DNA from: Tubulanus polymorphus
Taxonomy: Eukaryota > Animalia > Nemertea
NCBI RefSeq assembly: GCF_964204645.1
Contig: NC_134032.1
Coordinates: forward strand, 5,692,275-5,756,274
Direction: 5' to 3'
Length of the DNA: 64,000 bases
This document shows, piece after piece, positions 52,301-62,600 of the stretch (position 1 is the first letter of the stretch; the number at the start of each line of letters is the position of its first letter). The notes under the pieces were generated by a model that was given only the letters and a program-made list of their open reading frames with translations, did no database searches and was not told the origin of the DNA. A program made the translations under genes and the position numbers.

Positions 52301-55300
52301 GTTATATATGTTATCTTGCGCAGAAGCGCCAACAATGAAATCTCACGTCGTGAGGCCAGGGGACTGGTTGAAGCGAGTTCAGGAGCGATACCGGACCCCT
52401 GGCAAGCGAGGATGCTTTTGTACGGCAAGTCTCCAGCACTGAAGGGCAAACCAATTATGATATCATGTGTAACGCCCTCTATTGTTGATCAACCACAATT
52501 ATTGATTTACATTACAGACCCTCGAAAGTTTGTAAATCCCCTGGTTATCTATATTGAATATACCTATTAGACTAATGATAATTAGCTGGCATCGGCGGTG
52601 TGATGTATTCTTTCTAACTTCATTTGATTTTATTTTGTTTTCACTCGTAAAACTTATGACTATTGAATAGTAGCATAGCAGGCATTGGCTGTTTTTGTGT
52701 GGTGTAATTTTTGTAATATTTTCTTTCTAACTTATTTCTTATTTTGTTTTATTTTCGATCGTCAATTTTCTTGTAAATCAGTTTTTTTTCTTCAATTCAG
52801 TAGCATGTTTTATACTTAACCCTTTGCCTGCCAGGCCTATTTTTCAGGAAATGCTGTGCTTTGCCAGGATTTCCGTGTTTTTCGGAGATTCATAAAACAA
52901 AAGCTAAAAGAGATATCTTCATCAAATTTGTTTTATGTTGTTCATCTGGCCTTGCTTTTTCATGTAAATTAGCAGCATTTCTTCTAAGAGTGATAAAATC
53001 AGCAGCAATCACCACAGGGGCTCGTATCAGAGTTGTAGGTAATGTAAAATCGATAATCCGTTAATCCAATGTATATAGTATATATAAAATAACAAGGGGG
53101 CTAACGACGCTCACAAACAACTCAACTTCGGTCGCTTACTATTTCGTTATTTCTCATCCGATTTTGATAATCCAGGCATGATATGAAAGCTAATAGCTTC
53201 CTACTTCTAACGAAACCAATCCCGTTAACTTCCGATAAATAGTTCGCGAATTATATGTCTTTGAACGCGATATTACGGCCGAAATCGCCTGGACCGAAAA
53301 TGCTATGACGCCGGTTTTTGCCGATTTCGAAATTTAAAACGTTGAGTTCGACACAAAATCCTTCACCGATTTTGATGATCGAGGGCTTCAAATGCGCAAA
53401 ACATTCTATATTTTTTGGATATTGTGGTTGTTTCGTTAATCCATACGATCTTCCAGCTTTGCAAACGTGAATTTTCCGATTTTACGTCAATTCACGAACT
53501 CCATGCGCGATCTCAAAATGGCGACTGTCATCTCCCACAATGCTTAGCGCAATACCGAACCGTAATGAATTTTATTTCCAATTTATTTTCTGCGTATATT
53601 TACGTCAAATTCAGAATCTATTATAACCGGATCATGTTTATTCTAGCTTAGATAAGATAAAACATTATTTGATTGAATTGTTACGAAATAAAATTCACTG
53701 CGAAACTGTTGCTAGTTCAAGTTCAAGGTCGCCATCTTGAGATCACGTGTTGAGTGCGTGAATTGACGTAAAATCGGAAAATTCGCGTTTGCAAAGCTGG
53801 AAGATCGTATGGATTAACGAAACCACCGCAATATCCAAGAAAATATAGACTGTTTTGCGCATTTAAAGCCCTCGATCATCAAAATCGGTGAAGGATTTCG
53901 TGTCGAACTCAACGTTTTAAATTTCGAAATCGGCAAAAACCGGCGTCATAGCATTTTCGGTCCAGGCGATTTCGGCCGTAATTTCGCGTTCAAAGACATA
54001 TGATTCGCGAACTTTTCATCGGAAGTTAACGGGATTGGTTTCGTTAGAAGTAGGAAGCTATAAGCTTTCATATCATGCCTGGATTATCAAAATCGGATGA
54101 GAAATAACGAAATAGTAAGCGACCGAAGTTGAGTTGTTTGTGAGCGTCGTTAGCCCCCTTGTTATTTTATATATACTATATACATTGGATTAACGGATTA
54201 TCGTTTTTACATTACCTACAACTTTGATACGAGCCCCTGTGGCAATCACCAGTGCAGAGGTGTATTTTGCAGAAAATATGCCCATTCATGCCTGTTCAGT
54301 CACTAACACACTGCATAGAATGACTGTTGATACAGTGGAACCTCGTTCTAACGAACCGCTGGGGGGAAAATAAAAAGTTTGTTAGCTCTGTTTCACATCA
54401 TTTATGTATGAAAAGAGAACAACCCCTGGTGTGATGAAAAACAAACCAACTGGTTACATTGAATTAGGCCTACTATTTAAGTATGAATACTGTCAGCTAA
54501 TAAATCGCTCATTGAAAAGTGTAAAATATGAAATGAAACATAAATCTAAACCAAATTCAGGTATGCTTTCTGTTAATTTTGTGTGGCCAATACATGTGTT
54601 GGACACATGAGTCCCTCCTACGGGATGTGATGGAACGAGATCAAGGAAATGAATGTAAACGCTAGGCAAATGTCAGAACAATTTTACAACTTCTGAGCGT
54701 TTAGTCCCTTTTTCAATTTCTCTGATGGTCTCAATCGTTTTGCGAAGTAGGTTTTCATTAAGCGCGTGTGCATATCACTGTAAACAGTCTGAAACGATGA
54801 CCAACTACCGTACTACAAATTGTAGCTGCCAACAACACATCGTTAATCTATCACTAATCTAAGATAAATAAAGCAACACTGTCTCTCGGTTTAAAACCTG
54901 ACAATAAATAAACAAGTGTGATTGATCGTGACTTAGCGGATCGTTAGAATCAATGAAAATATGTAATAGGACTCCAAAACTAAGGGGTCGTTGTTTCTGA
55001 TGAAATTTAACTGCAAATGAGAAGGATTTGGCCAGGGATTTTTTTTTTGTACGTAACAAGCGATGGTTTGTTAGTTTCGAGGTCGTTAGAACGAGGTTCC
55101 ACTGTAGTCTGTTTTAATAGTAAAATGCATTAAACAAACTGGTGTTGTGCGATGAATTCACCATCTATCGTTAGAGTTAAGAAGAAACAAGTAAACCGTA
55201 CCAGTACGTTTTTGGCAGGCAATGAGTTAAGTGTTGGGTGTCTAAGCATGCCTTTCTAAAGGTCCAAACTGGAATTAGATTTCAAGAAATATCTGATTAG

Positions 55301-56656
55301 ATATTTTCTCTTCTTATTTGCAGCCAAACCAGGTTGGGCCTCTGTCGCCGATGTACAGTCAGGGTAACGTAGCTGGGCAGGTAAGCCCAGCCCAAATGAG
55401 CCCGGCGCAGATGTCTCAGTTCAGTCCACAATCACAGTGGAATCGCAACACCTCTCAACAGAGTAGTATGATGGTATGTAACATAAAAAGATGGTATATT
55501 CCCCTATGTCCTCATTGCATAGCCTCTGTAAGCTTCTAGTAAAGATGGCTGCCTTCGTAAATCCCCCTTTCGAAATCAAATTACCCTTATAGACACTTTC
55601 TAGAAAGATGGATGCCTTCATTAAAACCCCTGCGATATCATCATATAACTCATATAACTCCTATACATAATTCAAGTAATCCCCCTGTAACATCATCAGT
55701 GTATGATGTATGTTGTTTTTCTCAAGCAGGGCAACCAGTTTGCAAATCAGTTACAAAGGTCACATTCCATGCCAACGAGTAACCAAGGCAACTTCGTCGG
55801 TGACAATTTTGTAGCAACGCCGACTAACCAGGGCATGTTTCCGTCACCAGGGCAACAACAAAAACAATCGTATCCACAGCAACAGCAGACGCCCCGGGGA
55901 GTTCTAGTTCGACAGATGAGTACACCTAGTAAGTGATCGGTATAATATATCACATCATTCATTCATCATGATTATATAGAATTATCAAATGTATATATGA
56001 TGCCTAGAACGAAATCATTGAATGCTCTCCCCTTCACTCCGTCTCAATCGATTGACCTGCTAAATACCTGCCAATGTCCCGCGTAGGTTATGAACTAATA
56101 GCATGTAAGGAATGACTACTTGAATGCAGTCAGTGTTTCAGGCAGAGTTCTTACTCGTCCTAAAAATATGGGAAAAGTTTCAGAAATAAGTAATTATCTT
56201 TTCAATCCTGGAAAAAGTTTTGAAGTTTTAAGTTAGGAGCTATGAAAGATCTATAGCCATTTGGTGGAGCTATCAAAATTTAGATACTTGGCCCTAGAGT
56301 ACGGATAATCAAAGATTACCACTACTATTTGAGAGTAGTTTCTATTCTTTTTAAGAGCTCAACTACTCCCAAAAATATCAAAAGCAGAATGATTTCTAGT
56401 TCATTTTCAATTATACTACTATATTTCATAGCAGATGACTCATTTTTGGTGAGAACTACTAAAATTTGAAAGCTCAGGTAGTCTGACCTAGAAAAAGTAT
56501 GAACCCTGCCTTTGTTTGTTTTCTTTGTTTGTTGTACCTGTCGTTTATTTCTCTCCAGACCACGGCAATACAGCACGCGTGGGCGGACCGCAGAGTCCTT
56601 ACACCAGCTCCCCTGTAACTGATCCCTTACTGATGTCCCCACAGAAAGTATCAGCC

Positions 56657-56688
<32 letters not shown>

Positions 56689-59600
56689 GTCAAACCGTGG
56701 CAACAACAACAACAACAACAATGTCCCTCAACCACAAATCAGTCCCTCAGGTATAAACGCTATTGTCATCATTCCCTACTTGGGGGGGTTAATGTGTGCA
56801 TTTTGTTATTGATTTCATTTAGGAAATTTTTGGCTGGTATTAATGCACTGCATACTTGCACACTCCCACCTGCATTTAATCATCCGCACACTCCCACTGA
56901 CTGACAATCATCTACACATTCCCAGCTGCACATACTAAATCAGCACGCTCCCATCTGCACCCTCAATCAGCTGCACGCTCATCAACGCACTCCCACCTGT
57001 TGTCATTCTCGCATGATTTCAAATTATCAGTATGATCATGAATTAACCATTTCAGTGCTACGCACACCCTATCTGACTAGAGAGGGTGTAGTCCATTGCA
57101 TTATTCATATAACGAGCACCATTTAACCCTAACAGTGCAGTCTAATTCTTACCCTTATGCACTGAAGATGATTTCTAAAGAAATTCAACCCCAGTGTTTT
57201 TGGTTTACCTTTGTCAGCGATATGATGTTGGCATTGAGCCAATTCATGTAAAATCGCGGTACGTTTTTTTATGTGAGCATTTGTTTCATTGGTATATTCA
57301 CTTACACAAGGCCTCCACATGCGCGCGGAGTGCTCACACACACAACACACACACACACACTCACTCACTCACTCACTCACTCACTCACTCACTCACACAC
57401 ACACTTCTAATAGTAGAAGAAGATGAGCGCTGTGTTTTCTGTTCGATAGAATTTGTAATAAATTGTATTTCTTGTGACCTGAAAATGCAAACTATAAGGT
57501 CTGTCGAGGTCTGAATATTGTAGTCGTAAATTCCAGGATTTAAAACGATCTAATAGCCGATTTCTTCTGTACCGGTATTTTAGCTTCCGCGGCCAACATT
57601 GGAAGAGGTTTCCGAGACCCAATATTCAGCCACCCTCTGATATGAGACATCATATGAATTTTAGGCCATCCCAAAATAATTTTCTGTTTGCGGTAACCCG
57701 ACCGACCCGACTTCAAAGGTACCGAGTGAAAAAATTATTCTGGGATTCATTGAAATTAATTTTATTTTTTATTAGAACGGCCGACCGACCGACCCACTGC
57801 CGAGGTATGAGCTACGTATGTTTGAATTCAAGTGTGAAAACATGCCTTGACATGTGGCCTAGTTTAAGTTTTCCAGGAAACTGGCAGTGTTCCAATAAGC
57901 TGCCATTCATTCTAATAGTGACTATATTAAAGCTTGGAGTAATCAGTCTCGTTACTCCAAGATTAAAGCTGGTAACGTAAAACCGCGCGCACATATTCAA
58001 TGTACTGTTTCATTTTTAACACAGAGATGACGCTCTGGACGAAGTTATAATTTTAGAATAATTCTTGAAATCTACGCTATTGGACAAATTTCCCATGCAC
58101 AATGTACATGATTTTTTGCGATATTGTTTCCATGTAAAAAAGCCAAAAGGTGAAAAATTTGGTTTTTTTTGCCCAAAAATTTTGCAAAAAAAAAATTTCT
58201 ACCTTCCTACGGAATGATCCTAAAAAGTTGAGTCGGTGTTACAGCAAACAGACAATTATTTTGGGATGGCCTTATTTGAATATTTTTTCATATTGTGAAA
58301 CATATTTTTTGGAAAATATAAAATAGTTTCCCTGCCGCGCCTACCTGTACCCTACAAAATTTGGGACGTGGACCGTAAACAAATGTATATCTTCGGTCTT
58401 ATTTGACTACAAAATAATTCTTTGAGAAAGATAAAATACATTACAAACTTGTGGAACTTTGAAGTCACAAATTAAAAAGATTTTTCAAGCTGTGCTCTTA
58501 TTCCAAACAACCTCTAGCTTTCAAGGTAAACCACACTTTGCCCATGGGCAATTTATTTGTATGATGGGCACACCACTATATATGGTGTCACCGCAGTTTA
58601 TTGTTAGCTACTAATATTAACAATGTATGACAGCTCTTTCAATAGAAATTATCACCAATTGATAATTATATTGTTACACTTCAATGTGGTGTAGTAGCCA
58701 AGTCCATCACCCATTTGTACACCGCGCTCTGATATAGAGGCACTGAAAGGGTTTTAAACCATTTAGTACTTGTTTTCTTTCTAATATATGTTTCAGTAAA
58801 TTATAACCAGCAATTGATTTAACATGATTTTCATCGGCAGTCTTTATTATTCGGTATCAATATTAAACCTCCAGTTTCCGGTTCTACGTTAATAAGTTAG
58901 AATTGACTCGGAATTTAAATCACTTCATTTTCAATGAGTTATGTAATCTGATCTAATCTTAACTCACTGTTGTGGAACTGAGTTCAGTTTGTTCAGTTCA
59001 GTTTTGGTTCTGTGTTTTCGAATCCACTGCCCCAAATCAGGTACTCATTTCTGTTTGGCCGAATATCACACACTCGGTATGAAAAACATATGTTTCCTTG
59101 AGCGTATAGTTTATTCGATGTTTCGACTATCCTAATAGTCATCTTCAGGAATATTGATGTACGGCAGTGTTCTCCATAAGGGGTATTTGAGGGGCGGGCC
59201 GCCCGTTGAAAATTTAAAAACATGAAAATCTGCCCCTGTTATTTTTTGCGGCCCTTCTATAAAAAACAAGCTCCCCTACAAAAAAAAAATGATCTACTTT
59301 GTCCCAATAAGTTGAAACGCTACCGGTACGTCAATGATTATATAAATAGAGTGAGTCAGACGCCATATGACTTATTACATACATCAATAGTAGTGGAAAC
59401 GGCTCGCCACGAAGCCACATGGCGCCGCTCAAGTAGGCTTATAAATATCCTGGGATTTCTCGGCATGCTAAAAATAAAAAATCAATGCGCGCGAAGGTCC
59501 CGACACTGCAGCATTAATAATTAACGAAACCAGTGGCCTCAACTTTTCAAGTTTCAATGCCCATAGATACACTTTTATTATGATTACCAAAATATTTTTC

Positions 59601-62600
59601 TAAAATCAGGTTACCAAATGGAAATAGATTTAATGCTTGCTGAGCTTTATTGACAAATCTAAATTATATAAATGGAAGAACATCAAACTATTTTATGCAC
59701 GTAAGACTACTAATCACCGGCAGGCAAGTGCTTCAAGCAAACTGCCGACGATCACTTTCTAGTCAAAGGATCTGAAAATTACCATACTTAACCCTTACAA
59801 TACCACAGGTCCATCCTCAAGGTCACATATATCCAAATTATTATTCTTATAAGTCTTATTTGTAAGCCCAAAAGGTTATCAACACCATGGTATATAATAT
59901 ATCAGTGTCAGATACATAGGTAACAATTTTAAGCCTGAAATTATACCCCAATGAAACCCCTTACATCCGGCAGTCCCACATATCGTGAAAAGTGGGTAAA
60001 TGAGTGGAAAAATTACTTTCTAGCCCACTTGGGCTTTTAGCCTCAAGTTCACTTATATCCAAATTATGTATGTCTACTTTGTTGGACCAAAAGTTATCAA
60101 CAACATGCTGTATAATTTTTCTGTGTCAGATGCCCTGGTAACTATTCTATGAAGCCTCAAATATACCCCTATAAACCCCTAAATTCCCTCCGGCACAGCA
60201 GCGGAGACACTATGTGGTATTGAAAGGGTTAAACTAGCTGATTATGATCCCAAATGCTGGGAAAATGTATCTGAGCAACTACAAATAGAAAATTTTCTTG
60301 GGGGAGGGCCCCTTGAACCCCCCCCCCTATCCTGATAAGTCCTGGCGGCTTCGGCCCTCATTTTCGCGTACATACCGCCCCTGAGAATTTTAATACAATG
60401 GAGAACATTGGTACGGGAACCTGATCCATCATGTAGTTCTGTGAATTTGTCAGGATCAATTGTGTTGATCCTGATAAAATGGTGCTGACTAATTTTCTGT
60501 CAATTATAACCTCTGGATATACACAGCTGATATTTTGGCATGAGTAGGGAAATAGGTAGTACGATAACCACACTCAAACGTGGTGAACAGATAATAGGAT
60601 AAAAACCCACTATGTACAAATTGAATGAATTTAAAAACAAGAATTTATTTCAAACAATCTTAAATATAAGAACACGACGTTTGGATCTCACCCTAGAGAT
60701 CATCGTCAGGTGTGAAATATTGACTAAAAACGGGTATAGAGGCAAACAGGGTAATTGAGTAAATTGGTGAGTGAATGAGTAATTAGTGTCTGGCAAGGGA
60801 AAATAGGTTTTGGAATTAATATGAAAAGTTTCGTCCATCAGCTCTAAGCCATTTGGAAGTACTGGGAGATAATGTGTAAAATTTTTATGAATTTTTCCCC
60901 ATTGTACTAATCGATGGTTAACCTTGTTTTTTGATAATGACATGACTGGGAAAGCCATATAGTATCCAAGTTCAATGTATATAGAACAAACATATTATTG
61001 ATTGTTCTGTCATGTCATGGGGAAAACCCATTACTATGTATATCATCGATGTTGAACATGCTTACTTCTGTGCATCCTCCCTCGGCAGGGATTTGAACCT
61101 GATGGCATCGCTACACAGTCACGGCACGAACCCCTGCTACACTAGACCGGGTGCGCAGGTACAAGCGCAGCTTTGCCACACGAAAACTTGTGGCACCAAT
61201 CAGATTGTTCGTTGTATAATTGCTGAGGTAAATTTCACGGAAGAACTATAAATGTGAAAACCCGGGCTGATATAAAACAGGATATCTGATTGGCCAATAA
61301 TGACATCATCTGCGCACTCGATCTAGTGTGGCAGGGTTCCGTACCGTGGCATTCTCGATGCCATCAGGTTCGATCCCCTGCCGGGGAGGATGACTTCAGT
61401 GGTGTTGTGTGCCAAGGTTTCATCTTAATACATTGCCAATCCCAGAACAAACCGATTTTTCATGCTCAAAAGTGAGATTTACTCAGTTGATCCTACCGGA
61501 CCCATGGTCCTTTATTGGAATTCCTTATTAGTTACTTAAGATTTCAATCACAATTTTCCAGTTCGTTTCCGTAACATTTTTATTTCAATGACGGCCATTT
61601 TGTTTCTGTTTTTGTTGGCTGATTGTACGAATCAAATAGAAAGTCTACGCATAGATCCACAGTTCTCTAAGTTTGCCTTTACATAAGTCAGACTTATTAA
61701 TTGAAACCAGTACCCTGTTGAAATTTGTTGTATTTCTGATTTGCAGGTGGTCTAACGATGGGTCAGAATCTGGCAAATGCAGCCGCTCAGAACTTCGCGT
61801 TGACGTCGACGATGACCTCGCAAACGATGACATCCGGCGGAACGATTCAACAATTCGATCAGAACATTGGCGCATTCACGACGAATATCCCGACCCCCGC
61901 CACCGAGCAGATTCATAATTATTCGTAAGTTTTTTTCAGATTTTTATTTATCGTTTCTAATAATAGATGGTAGAGTAGTGCTCAAACCCCTGTCAGGGCC
62001 GATTCCAGGAGATCCAAATTTTTGTCATTAATGTCTTTTTTGATGTCAGCAAAATATTAGTTTTTATAAACATCTTTTAGAAAAATCCAGGGGCAGACTA
62101 TTATCTTAATATAATCTTCAGGCAGTCAAGTGACATAAAAGAAAGATCAATAAGGAAAATTGCCCTATAAAAATTTGTTATATTTTCAAAAGGTATAGGA
62201 AAATTGTGACTTATACTGCCAGGGTTCAGATTTTAGCCCGGAATTTTTCTGTAAATGAGGTAAAATGGCTGTATTTCATGTCAAGATTTGGGGTTGATAG
62301 CCCGATTGAAAAACCTTAGCAGGAGCAGGCTTAATCATCTTCTTATTCCAGGTATTCTTAATTCTTTTTTTAAACCCCCTGTTTAATCACAGGGTGTGGT
62401 CTGATCTACTGTCCTTTTCACTTGTGTGTTATTTCGATTTTGTTTCACCTAAGACTCACCTTTTCTTAACCTTCAATTTTTGGTTTATCGGTATTTCTTT
62501 ATTTCACGTGCGAATTGAAGGCTAGAAAAAGAAAATAGAGGGATGTTAGCGATCATTCAAAGAAAAACCAACAATTATGAAGACATCTAAGGGAGTCAAT

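Larger units (their letters stand above)
52820..55226. mobile_element. piggyBac-type element hosting two nested insertions
   Basis: ttaa|ccctttgcctgcca ... tggcaggcaatgag|ttaa. Confidence 0.7.

Noticed and set aside
58025-58050. Possible short terminal exon after ttttaacacag
   Set aside because: It lies inside a Harbinger-like MITE, and better in-phase exons follow downstream.
61673-61918. ORF-track protein ...[10 protein letters not shown]...
   Set aside because: Wrong frame; the phase of the preceding exon selects the GGLTMGQNL frame.
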